Shown: positions 8,039 to 15,639 of the stretch, one piece after another
How the letters are laid out: every line of letters begins with the position of its first letter
Numbering within the stretch: position 1 is the stretch's first letter
From: a virus
Taxonomy: Duplodnaviria > Caudoviricetes
DNA length: 41,236 nucleotides
Virus record (IMG/VR): IMGVR_UViG_3300031949_000084
Coordinates: 1 to 41,236 of that record
Strand: one strand, 5' to 3'
Translations under genes and position numbers: made by a program
Notes under the pieces: generated by a model
Told to the model about the DNA's origin: nothing
Databases searched by the model: none
The model's input: the letters and a program-made list of their open reading frames with translations, nothing else

Positions 8039-8676
8039 CTCCAGCTATCCTTCTTCTCGTTCTTCCACTCGCGCTGAACGTACTCCTTCAGCCAGCCCGT
8101 CACGAGACCGCCCGCGCGCCGGAACTTCCGGTAGAGGGCGAGGAGGGGCTTCATGTCCTTCCAGTTATCGCTACTGATGTTCGTCCAGATGTCGAGGTAG
8201 ATCGTATCGAACAAGCGTCCGCGTAGTGGCGGCTGCCGACCGTCGGCGCAGATGACACGGAGCTTCTTGTGCGTCACATGCGGCGCGACGAGCGCGATCA
8301 CTTCGGGTTCCAGTTCCAGCACTGTCACGCTCGTGACTTCGGGCTTCCGGCAGAGGGCGTAGGGAACCATGCCCAGCCCCAGTCCGATGATCAGTACATC
8401 GCCGCGCGCCTGGCGGACGATGTCGTGATTCGTTGCGCGCTCCATCTGGGTGTCGCTCATCCAAAGACTGTCCCACGATGAGTTGCCGTTCTCGCTCGCC
8501 CGCTTCAGACCGCAGTACGTTCCTTCCGAGACGTAGCTATAGGGGCCTCGATTGAACGAGCTTATCATGCTCGCGTGATTATCCACGACCATGTGCTCGA
8601 TGTAGAAACGTCCAGGCTGCCGCTCGCTCGCGGGGATGATCTTGACCATGTCGGGAAATGTTCTGGTGTTTTTCAT
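8032..8676 (-). CDS. Class I SAM-dependent methyltransferase (spermidine-synthase-like fold)
   Basis: WMSDT..E, VLIIGLGLG, VTVLELEPEVI, ICADG, FDTIYLDIW; start at MKNTR by ATGA coupling. Confidence 0.8.
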   Translation of the reverse strand: MKNTRTFPDMVKIIPASERQPGRFYIEHMVVDNHASMISSFNRGPYSYVSEGTYCGLKRASENGNSSWDSLWMSDTQMERATNHDIVRQARGDVLIIGLGLGMVPYALCRKPEVTSVTVLELEPEVIALVAPHVTHKKLRVICADGRQPPLRGRLFDTIYLDIWTNISSDNWKDMKPLLALYRKFRRAGGLVTGWLKEYVQREWKNEKKDSWRW

Positions 8677-9152
8677 CGCTTCGGCCTCCACTGGCCGCAC
8701 GAGCGGCAGTAGGCGCGGTATGTCACGACTAGGCCACGCCCCGTAATCTCGCTCGCGAGCACGTCGCTCGTCGGTTCCCACTGATGGCGCGAGCAGCGCA
8801 GCTTCCCCGCGCGGCGCAGCGCCGCCTTCGCGGCCTTCGACCCTTGCGCCGCTCGTGTCTTGAGGAATCCGATGCCGTGGCCCCGTCCGCCAGGTGCGAA
8901 GTGAGCGACCTCGTGCTTGATCGTTTCCGCCCAGCCTTTTCCGAGCCCACGCCGCACACAGATTGTCCCGTAGAGAGGGGTCTTCTCGTAGCAATGAGCG
9001 TGAGCTCGGTGATACTTGCGCTTGAGGCGGCAGACCTTGCCATCCTGGCGCTCGAAGGCCGTCCCTGACCAGACCACGCGCAGCGGCATATCCAGACCGA
9101 GGCGCTTCGCTTCGCGCTCTGCCGCGTGTTGCATCGTAGCCAGGCTAGCCAC
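8673..9152 (-). CDS. HExxH metalloprotease-like (SprT-like) protein with C-terminal Zn ribbon
   Basis: TIKHEVAH...GHGIGF; C..H...CRSCG. Confidence 0.7.
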   Translation of the reverse strand: MASLATMQHAAEREAKRLGLDMPLRVVWSGTAFERQDGKVCRLKRKYHRAHAHCYEKTPLYGTICVRRGLGKGWAETIKHEVAHFAPGGRGHGIGFLKTRAAQGSKAAKAALRRAGKLRCSRHQWEPTSDVLASEITGRGLVVTYRAYCRSCGQWRPKR

Positions 9153-9459
9153 GGCGCACTTCCTCTACAATGGCACGGGCCTGCTCGCGCACTTTTGCTC
9201 CGTCCATGTAAGAGGCGTTCAGCCATTCCTCCAACGCCTTGATGGCCATATCACGCTGGGCCAGGAGCGTAGGGGCTTGGGCGATTAGGGCTGCGTTGGC
9301 CGCAGCGTTGCCGAAGTGAACCGAGCCTCCTCCCAGAATGGCGATATAGTTTCCTTCGGTATCTTGGATCGCAGGTGGCTGCTCGGCCAAGGGGATGCGG
9401 CCCTTATCGCTCGGACCTATTCTCCATGGCCCTGGTGTGTGCTCTGCTATCTTTGTCAT
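9145..9459 (-). CDS. HTPGPW-family hypothetical protein
   Basis: HTPGPW...ANAALIAQAP motif. Confidence 0.85.
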   Translation of the reverse strand: MTKIAEHTPGPWRIGPSDKGRIPLAEQPPAIQDTEGNYIAILGGGSVHFGNAAANAALIAQAPTLLAQRDMAIKALEEWLNASYMDGAKVREQARAIVEEVRRG

Positions 9460-9779
9460 TATTCTCTCCTTCTCCCGCGCTTCGGCGGGCCGGTGATCTC
9501 TGCCTTCCGGCGTAGCAGCTCGGCGCGGCGGGCGGGTTGAACGAAACGCGCCCTCAGCTCTCTATAGAGAGCCCTGAGCTCCGCCTGAGCCGCGCCAGGG
9601 CTGCCGTCGTACCGGAAGACATGGGTGAGGCGGACGGTGCTTCCGCCACGCACCCGCACGACCTTCTCGCGTAGATACGAGGGCTCCGTCTCCTCGGCGA
9701 TAAACGTTTTGCCTCGGTCGTCCACGAGCGTATCGCCCACGCGGACTTCGTTACCGAGCATGTCGAGCGCGAGGTTCAT
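9459..9779 (-). CDS. Hypothetical protein
   Basis: Start MNLALDMLGNEVRVGD by ATGA coupling and GGAGG RBS. Confidence 0.65.
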   Translation of the reverse strand: MNLALDMLGNEVRVGDTLVDDRGKTFIAEETEPSYLREKVVRVRGGSTVRLTHVFRYDGSPGAAQAELRALYRELRARFVQPARRAELLRRKAEITGPPKRGRRRE

Positions 9780-9937
9780 CGCGCCCTCCGCAGCCCCAGC
9801 ACACCAGCCGCCAACCGGCTGAGTGCCTCCTGGGTGAGCGGAAGCTCGCGCTTCGCCAGCACGTAGCCCCCACAGACCAGCCTGGTCTTGCTGCCCGTGG
9901 CGAGTCGTGTCTCCTGGCCGCACTGTAGGCATAGCAT
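9776..9937 (-). CDS. Small Zn-ribbon protein
   Basis: MLCLQCG...; AAGGAG RBS; TGATG overlap. Confidence 0.6.
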   Translation of the reverse strand: MLCLQCGQETRLATGSKTRLVCGGYVLAKRELPLTQEALSRLAAGVLGLRRAR

Positions 9938-10044
9938 CAGTTCGGCTCCTTCAAAGGACGAGCGCATTTGCGACATCGTCCTGAGATTAGTTCAGTGACG
10001 AGACCTATCCAGTGACACTCAGGGCATTGAATACTCTCTGCCAT
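9937..10044 (-). CDS. Tiny Zn-ribbon protein (35 aa)
   Basis: MAESIQCPECHW...CRKC; AAGGAG RBS; TGATG overlap. Confidence 0.6.
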   Translation of the reverse strand: MAESIQCPECHWIGLVTELISGRCRKCARPLKEPN

Positions 10045-10250
10045 CAGCTCGTTACTCCTTGCGCTCCCTCGTTGTGGTAGGCTCGCACGATCGGCGCGAC
10101 CGGCTGCATGGGCCGCTCCTCGCAACGCTCGTCGCCGCGCGGGTGATCGAGAATCTTGTGCAGCTCGATCTTCGCCGCGAGCGCCTCCATCGTGAGTGCC
10201 CGAAGAACCTTGCCTCCGAGCGGGCAGGTGTACGTCTTGACTTTCTCCAT
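10044..10250 (-). CDS. Hypothetical protein, degenerate C2H2-like
   Basis: GAGGAGG RBS; YTCPLGG...HKILDH. Confidence 0.7.
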   Translation of the reverse strand: MEKVKTYTCPLGGKVLRALTMEALAAKIELHKILDHPRGDERCEERPMQPVAPIVRAYHNEGAQGVTS

Positions 10251-10273
10251 TGCTTTATCCTCCTCATTTCTAT

Positions 10274-10420
10274 TGTCGGCTCGCGGGCCGAAGAACTTTA
10301 GGGGCTACACAGGATAGATCGGACAGGGTGTTCGCCCCGTTGTTCCGATCTGTGGCACGGAAATACCGCTCCTACCTTCGCACTTCCGTCGAAGCGCTCC
10401 CTTCCACAACCTCGCCCCTC
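10274..10420 (-). ncRNA. Structured intergenic RNA element, family unknown
   Basis: Minus-strand stems AGGGGC/GCCCCT, TGTGG/CCACA, ACGGAAGTGC/GTATTTCCGT, AGATCGGA/TCCGATCT and TCGGC/GCCGA in a ~175-nt gap of an otherwise overlap-packed operon. Confidence 0.45.
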
Positions 10421-10426
10421 TCCGAG

Positions 10427-10627
10427 CTACTTCCTTTGATTGGCTTGAACAGCCGTCTCGAAGGCCGCGCTCAATCGAAGCAACTCCTTCACAGTGGCGC
10501 TTCCGAAGCGTGGCTTCAAGCTGAAGCGAACCTTGCTTTCTCCGTCCTCCTCCATCTGAGCGTGCTTGAACAACGCTTCCGCCACTAATGCCGCGTCCCG
10601 ATCTGCCAGTTTGAGAGTGACACTCAC
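10427..10627 (-). CDS. Hypothetical early protein
   Basis: GTG start 8 nt after AAGGAG; alternative ATG at 10645. Confidence 0.7.
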   Translation of the reverse strand: MSVTLKLADRDAALVAEALFKHAQMEEDGESKVRFSLKPRFGSATVKELLRLSAAFETAVQANQRK

Positions 10628-10649
10628 GTTCACTTCTCCTTTCATATGC

Positions 10650-10724
10650 TGACCATGCCATCATCAGGCTCGCGCCGGTCAAATGCGCGAACGACCGCTT
10701 CTGGGCCTAGGAAGCGGTTTCGGC
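10650..10724 (-). ncRNA. Type II hammerhead ribozyme (downstream copy, HH2)
   Basis: Minus strand: GCC-GAAA-CCGCTTC(loop)GAAGCGG-TC^GTTCGCGC(ATTTGACCG)GCGCGAGC-CTGATGA-T-GGC-AT-GGTCA. Full core, stems I and III, one-U insertion before stem II, loop I TGACC pairs with the GGTCA tail. Predicted cut between 10693 and 10692. Confidence 0.85.
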
Positions 10725-10877
10725 TCGTGCAGATTGAATGATTTCTTGCAGTCGCGCCACAGCGATGTCGCGCGTCGGGTATTCACCTATCGTAACGTCG
10801 CGTTTCCCAACGTACAGGACGACGCGCCAAACCATCTTGCGCGACACATATTCGATTCGTCCTTTGTCTCGTGGCAT
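10707..10877 (-). CDS. 56-aa early protein between the two ribozymes, weakly AP2-like
   Basis: GGAGG RBS; MPRDKGRIEYVSRKMVWRVVLYVGKRDVTIGEYPTRDIAVARL has the AP2-like W...lG.y.t...A pattern; its stop lies in the HH2 stem III loop. Confidence 0.7.
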   Translation of the reverse strand: MPRDKGRIEYVSRKMVWRVVLYVGKRDVTIGEYPTRDIAVARLQEIIQSARAETAS

Positions 10878-10896
10878 TTCTTCCTCCAGTCTTGCG

Positions 10897-10975
10897 TGAC
10901 GTGCCTCATCAGGTTGTGTGCCGTCAACCACACAACGACCGACAGACCGCTCATAACTGGCCCATCGGTTTCGGC
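10897..10975 (-). ncRNA. Type II hammerhead ribozyme (upstream copy, HH1)
   Basis: Minus strand: GCC-GAAA-CCGATGGGCC(loop)GGTCTGTCGG-TC^GTTGTGTG(GTTGACGG)CACACAAC-CTGATGA-GGC-A-CGTCA. Canonical core; loop I TGACG pairs with CGTCA. Predicted cut between 10937 and 10936. Confidence 0.9.
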
Positions 10976-11175
10976 TTTCTCAAAACTCCCATCGCGCTCG
11001 GTACTATCCCCTGTCCGTTTGGCCCGCTGGTCGGGCCTATCGAGCGCTCCCCCATCATCTTCGGGGGGAGAGTGGAGTGCCTTTCAGCGGGAGCTCCTAT
11101 TTGCTGGGGCCTTGACCTCGCCCGCGACCGCTTCGGTGGCTTTGCTTTTTCTATCCCTTTACTTCCTCCAATGAT

Positions 11176-11204
11176 ATTATCGGCTCGCGCGAGGGCTTTG
11201 TAAA
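11176..11204 (-). promoter_or_regulatory. Early leftward promoter
   Basis: TTTACA-N17-GATAAT on the minus strand, with upstream AAAATAG x2 resembling an UP element. Confidence 0.75.
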
Positions 11205-11263
11205 GGGGTTGAGGGGGCTATTTTGGAACTATTTTGAGGGGGTAGAAAAAGCCGATTCTGAAG

Positions 11264-11980
11264 CTAGCGGGAGGCTTCGAGGCCAGGGATCTCGGCCTCA
11301 AGGATCTCGCGAAGCTGATCGAAAGCGCAGGTGTGATCGAGAATGGTGTAGCGCAGCTCTCCGGCCGAGGCCTTGGGGATCTGGCGCTCGATCTGGCGGT
11401 TATGAAAGTCTTCCAGGGTAGACTGAGAGCGAACCTTCTTGAGCTGGCGCTCCGCTGCTGCTGCGCCCTTTGAGATGGAGGAGGCCTGCCTCTCGGTGCT
11501 GCGATGCTTCGCTTCCAGGTCGCTCCCGCCAGGCCAACCCTTGATGGGCTTTCCTCCGTTGCGCGCCATCACGCGCTCGTAGCAGACTCCGAGTGGTGTG
11601 TCGAGGAAGAGGAAGTGAACCGGCAGCTCGCGCGCGAGAGCTTCCCAGCGGCCCCAAACACCCGTAACGATTAGCCCCTCGAACAGTACATGATGGCCCG
11701 CTCCCGCCCAGCGGCGCACCTGCGCCTCGATGGCGTCCATGCTGTTTCCTTTGCCTCCGCTCGCCGCGAAGCGTTTGACCAGAGCGCCAGTGATGTTATC
11801 TACGCCTCCGCCCTTGATGGCGTCATCGTAGCGACCGAGAACGCGCAGGCGGGCGGGTAGCCGGTATCCGAAGATCTTGCCGGTCTCGTCAGTGATCTCC
11901 GCGCCGTCATAATGGTTGACGATCTGGCGAAGGAGATGCGTCTTACCAGAACCCGACGTCCCACGCACGTTATAGATCAT
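11264..11980 (-). CDS. P-loop kinase of the thymidine-hypermodification type (5-hmdU kinase-associated)
   Basis: RGTSGSGKT Walker A, LGRY..GGVD, VLFEG, FLDTP...C..RV..R; gene context. Confidence 0.75.
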   Translation of the reverse strand: MIYNVRGTSGSGKTHLLRQIVNHYDGAEITDETGKIFGYRLPARLRVLGRYDDAIKGGGVDNITGALVKRFAASGGKGNSMDAIEAQVRRWAGAGHHVLFEGLIVTGVWGRWEALARELPVHFLFLDTPLGVCYERVMARNGGKPIKGWPGGSDLEAKHRSTERQASSISKGAAAAERQLKKVRSQSTLEDFHNRQIERQIPKASAGELRYTILDHTCAFDQLREILEAEIPGLEASR

Positions 11981-12411
11981 CGTGATAGGATGTACTTCTC
12001 GAATGCAGGATTAGCCAGTGCATTCGGGCGGCGCTCGCGGACACGTTCGATTGCTGCGCTCGGGTTGAATCCTATGCGTGCGAGCATGAGCGCCGTTACG
12101 AGGCTCGCGCGGTTGCGCCCTCCGTTGCAATGAACGAGCATCGGGCCGTACAGTCGCCAACGTTGTTCAGCCCAGTCGATGAGCTCATCAATCCCTAACG
12201 GAACTTGATTGTCCGCGAAGGGCCACTGACGATAGAGTGCAGCATGCCAATTGACAAGATCATCATCGATGTGCGACGTTAGGTTGAGAATTGTGTGAAC
12301 GCCAGCAGCGGCGAGAGCCACACGTTTCTGTTCGGCAGGCAGTTTCCAGGTTGCGCCGCGCTGATAGAGGCCAGAATAGATCTCGATGAGCTTCACTTGC
12401 GCATCAGCCAA
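11977..12411 (-). CDS. Dual-specificity/PTP-type Cys phosphatase
   Basis: WPFAD acid loop, LVHCNGGRNRA (HCx5R), AIERVRERRP. Confidence 0.9.
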   Translation of the reverse strand: MADAQVKLIEIYSGLYQRGATWKLPAEQKRVALAAAGVHTILNLTSHIDDDLVNWHAALYRQWPFADNQVPLGIDELIDWAEQRWRLYGPMLVHCNGGRNRASLVTALMLARIGFNPSAAIERVRERRPNALANPAFEKYILSR

Positions 12412-13214
12412 CAGACGTTCTCGGCGTACTCGGGATAGGGAACAGCCAGAACGTTCCGCAGCGCCGCAGGCCCGAATCGTTGCGTGAGAAGAGAAACCAG
12501 TTCATCTGGGATTCGCCGATGTTCGCGGTTCGCTCGGTTGAACGTTGCGCGGCGGATGAATGTTCCGACAATGTTCTCGATACGGAAGTGCTGCTCTAGA
12601 AGCTCGCGGAGTTCCGCAAACCCCCATTCATAGTCCCCGTGGTATTTCGGCTGGTCGCGCGCGTAGTCGCGGTTCGGTGTACTGAAAAAGCCGAGTGCAC
12701 CAGGCTGCATGCAACGCGCCAGATCCTTCAGCCACAATGGAACGAACTGCTTGGGCATGTGCTCGATGCTCTCCAGCGAAAGAGCAAGGTCAACACTCTC
12801 TTCTCCGAGAGGGAACGTCTGTTGCTGTGTAAGATCCTGTCGGAGGAAACGCACTTCAATCTCACGGGCGAGCTTTGGGCCAATGAAGTCTAGCGGTTGC
12901 TCTTCAATGTCCACGCCGACATAACTGCGCAGCACCGAAGACTTCTTCGTCCAGAAGGTGCTGATCAAGGTGCGTAACGGCCAGAGCTCCCCGCACCCGA
13001 TATCGAGCACATCAATGGGACGGCCCAGTCGCTTCGCCTCTTCGATGATGAGTGCCGCAGCGCGCTCGTAACGGCTGATGTGCGCGAAGAACTCGACGTC
13101 AAAGTCGGCCGTGTTCCGCGCTCGCGAGATTGGTCTACGGAAGACTTTCGACTCGCTCTCGCCGGACGGGGTTGGTGAGGTCGGTCGTGGCGTTGAAGTC
13201 AAAACGCAAATCAC
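12393..13214 (-). CDS. Class I SAM-dependent methyltransferase
   Basis: AHISRY, VLDIGCG, YVGVDI, SLESIEH, FSTPN. Start uncertain (GTG 13214 or TTG 13202), overlapping the upstream gene. Confidence 0.85.
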   Translation of the reverse strand: MICVLTSTPRPTSPTPSGESESKVFRRPISRARNTADFDVEFFAHISRYERAAALIIEEAKRLGRPIDVLDIGCGELWPLRTLISTFWTKKSSVLRSYVGVDIEEQPLDFIGPKLAREIEVRFLRQDLTQQQTFPLGEESVDLALSLESIEHMPKQFVPLWLKDLARCMQPGALGFFSTPNRDYARDQPKYHGDYEWGFAELRELLEQHFRIENIVGTFIRRATFNRANREHRRIPDELVSLLTQRFGPAALRNVLAVPYPEYAENVCWLMRK

Positions 13215-14124
13215 TCCACAGATATCCGTAGCGTTCCAGAGTATAGCTCAGGGGCTTTCGGTCAGCGGGATCCCAGCCTTGGATCTCTCCGAGATGTTCG
13301 TGCGGAAAGAGCGCGGCGCGCGCAGCGAAGAGCTGGCTCGCAGGATTGCCAACCTTCGCCGCATACTTCAGCTCGCTGTCCTGCGAGTGTCCCGGAAACT
13401 GTCTACGTCCTAGCTGGCGATAGTCACACAGCAGAACTTCAAGCTCATAGTAGTCCAGGTCAAGATCGTGTTTGGCGCGCAACCGCTCACGCAACAAATC
13501 CGCGAGCTGATCGACATGGTGCAGCGCAGCGGGATGATCCTTCCCCGTCAGCACTTCCTGGTGCTTGGGCAGCAGCGTCGCCATCGCGAGACGGGGACTC
13601 CAGCCCCCACGAGCACGAATATCCGGCAAGCGGGCGGGCACTCCAAAGCGATGGAGCAGTTCCAACAGTTTGAACTTCGCGTAGCGACCCATATATTTTA
13701 CGCTATCGACATCCTGCCAGAGGGATTCGTAGGTCGCTTCTTCAGTCGCGCGCTGACATCGCTCGAAGGGCCGGGAGTCGAGCCAGGCAACGTAGCCAGT
13801 GAGGAACTCGGCAAATTTCTTCGGCCCAATCACACAGCGGCGCTCAGGACGCGTAGGCAGGCCAGCCTTATGTTCGACGAGCCATGTGTCGAGCTCTAGT
13901 GGTTGATCCAATGCTTTGTTCCAGGGCCACTCTTTCCAGATCAGCTCGGCCGCAGGAACGTTGTATGGGTCAACATAGCAGCCCGCTCGCCAATACTTCT
14001 CCTCCGGCGAGCAGTCGCGGCTGAGGTACTCGACGACGCGCATGTGAGGGTCTGGCCCACCAGCAGCGCGCTCCAAGCGACAGAACTCAGCGAAGAAGTG
14101 CCAGTGCTGCTCGGTTGTCAGCAC
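13135..14124 (-). CDS. Amino acid:DNA transferase-like protein (aGPT-Pplase/AADT family)
   Basis: GGPDP, EKYW...Y, ERR, YESLW..V..VKYMGRYAKFKLLE, ELEVLLCDY...FPG; adjacent to a thymidylate synthase homologue and kinase. Start re-set to GTG 14124. Confidence 0.7.
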   Translation of the reverse strand: MLTTEQHWHFFAEFCRLERAAGGPDPHMRVVEYLSRDCSPEEKYWRAGCYVDPYNVPAAELIWKEWPWNKALDQPLELDTWLVEHKAGLPTRPERRCVIGPKKFAEFLTGYVAWLDSRPFERCQRATEEATYESLWQDVDSVKYMGRYAKFKLLELLHRFGVPARLPDIRARGGWSPRLAMATLLPKHQEVLTGKDHPAALHHVDQLADLLRERLRAKHDLDLDYYELEVLLCDYRQLGRRQFPGHSQDSELKYAAKVGNPASQLFAARAALFPHEHLGEIQGWDPADRKPLSYTLERYGYLWSDLRFDFNATTDLTNPVRRERVESLP

Positions 14125-14372
14125 GCGATGAGCTTGCCAGCGACGAAGCGGCGGATCTGCGGGCCGACACCTCCCTGCTCGTAGAGCCAACGCCAGCGAC
14201 CGCTCGGCGGTAGCGGGTAGCCGCTCGCCCCGAGCTTGACACGGGGATTGAGGCCATACCCCTTACTGATGGCGAACTCCTCCCCCTTGCGGTACAGGCC
14301 GCACCCGTCTGAGACGGCAACGAGCTTGAACCCCTTGATGGTTGGTGCGAGTGCGGGGCGCTTAGTCGGCAT
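14118..14372 (-). CDS. Hypothetical protein in the modification operon
   Basis: GGAGAAGGA RBS; overlaps both neighbours. Confidence 0.65.
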   Translation of the reverse strand: MPTKRPALAPTIKGFKLVAVSDGCGLYRKGEEFAISKGYGLNPRVKLGASGYPLPPSGRWRWLYEQGGVGPQIRRFVAGKLIAC

Positions 14373-15309
14373 GTTCCTTCTCCTTCCAGAATTCGTTTCC
14401 TAAGGTCACCCAATCAGTAAACGTTTTGGCGTGTCGGCATGATTCAAGCTGGCCGTAGCGGCGCTCTCGGTAACAGCGCAAGAAGTCGTCAGCGAACTCC
14501 ATGAATGCCAGTCCACCGTACTTCAGATCATCGAGCACATCGCTACAATCCTTGACGAACTCAACAGGCGAGACTTTCCATTCGTCCAGATCGGCCCACA
14601 GCGGCGCTCCCTTGAGCGCGACTACCGGCTCCAGACTGCGCGCGACCATGCGTTCGCTGATCTCAGCGGCAGGGCCGTCACGGTAGATGTGCAGGCTATC
14701 GCTCCAGTGGAGCTGCGGCCCGAACGCGACGCCGAGGCGGGCGGCGAGATACTCCTGGAGAATGCCGAACTGCACGATGTTTACGGCATGGAGCCCCCAA
14801 TGCAGATCGTTACTCCGACAGAAGACGCTCATGTGCAGTGCGCCATCACGGAGCTTGAACATGACCGTATCGTTGCATGGCGGGTCGAGCGTGGGTGCGG
14901 TCAGGTCTTCCGCGCGCCAGATCGCGAGGACGGCGCGACGGTCAGCAGAGTCCATGCGTAGCCGCGCCAGCGCGGGCTCAATCTGCCCCGCGATGCGGTA
15001 GCCGTACGCGCCGTAGAGCATCTTCCCGTCGTCGCTGAACTCGGCGATGCGCTTGTTGTAGGGCGCGAGCGCCGTGAGGTCGTTGCGACCCGCGAGGAGC
15101 CAGAGCGCCTCGGAGAGCGCCAGCCAAGGGTTCAGCCTGCGCCCTGGCACAATGCCGAGCCGGTCACGCGGGTTGGGAATCTCGGTGACGACGTGGAGCA
15201 GCTCGCGCGTGCGGAGCCCGCGCAGCGTGACCTCCGGCGCGAGAAGCAGATCATTGAACTGTTGACGATAGACTTCCGCCGGATGACCGGTGTAGTAGTG
15301 GATCATCAA
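14362..15309 (-). CDS. Thymidylate synthase homologue, probable dUMP hydroxymethylase
   Basis: EALWLLAGRND, FSDDG...GAYGYR, RRAVLAIW, DPPCN, RSNDLHWG..VN..QF, SLHIY. The Asn at the specificity position indicates dUMP. Confidence 0.88.
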   Translation of the reverse strand: MMIHYYTGHPAEVYRQQFNDLLLAPEVTLRGLRTRELLHVVTEIPNPRDRLGIVPGRRLNPWLALSEALWLLAGRNDLTALAPYNKRIAEFSDDGKMLYGAYGYRIAGQIEPALARLRMDSADRRAVLAIWRAEDLTAPTLDPPCNDTVMFKLRDGALHMSVFCRSNDLHWGLHAVNIVQFGILQEYLAARLGVAFGPQLHWSDSLHIYRDGPAAEISERMVARSLEPVVALKGAPLWADLDEWKVSPVEFVKDCSDVLDDLKYGGLAFMEFADDFLRCYRERRYGQLESCRHAKTFTDWVTLGNEFWKEKEHAD

Positions 15310-15639
15310 TCATCCTTCATGGCGCGGCTCGCGACGATAGTGATCGAGCAGCCCCCAACACTCTACAAGAGGCAGGAGGAGATGATGTCCTCCGCGTCGC
15401 TGGCGGAAGATCGCGACGAGCGAATTGAAAATCGCATCCACGAGCTCCTCTTCCAGCTCCGCCAGTGTGTCGAGATTCATACAGGTGTTCACCGGCAGCC
15501 CGCTCTCCTCATGAATCTCGTCGGAGGCGTACTCCGCGCCATGCGCTGCATATCGCTTGGAGAGAAGCGCCACGAGCGGCAGCGGGAGCGTTTCCTCAAT
15601 GTCGAGAAGGTTATCCAGAAGGGGCCAAGTCTTACACAC
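15310..15639 (-). CDS. MazG/dimeric-dUTPase-like NTP pyrophosphohydrolase (candidate dTTPase/dUTPase)
   Basis: RY..HG.EY...LAELEEELVDAIFN (ExxEExxD); GTG start after GGAG overlapping the upstream stop. Confidence 0.55.
   Translation of the reverse strand: MCKTWPLLDNLLDIEETLPLPLVALLSKRYAAHGAEYASDEIHEESGLPVNTCMNLDTLAELEEELVDAIFNSLVAIFRQRRGGHHLLLPLVECWGLLDHYRREPRHEG

Noticed and set aside
11065-11122. Twister-sister-like CAAGGCC...GGCACTC on the minus strand
   Set aside because: The conserved GUGCAAG-type loop is missing; retained only as part of the structured leader.
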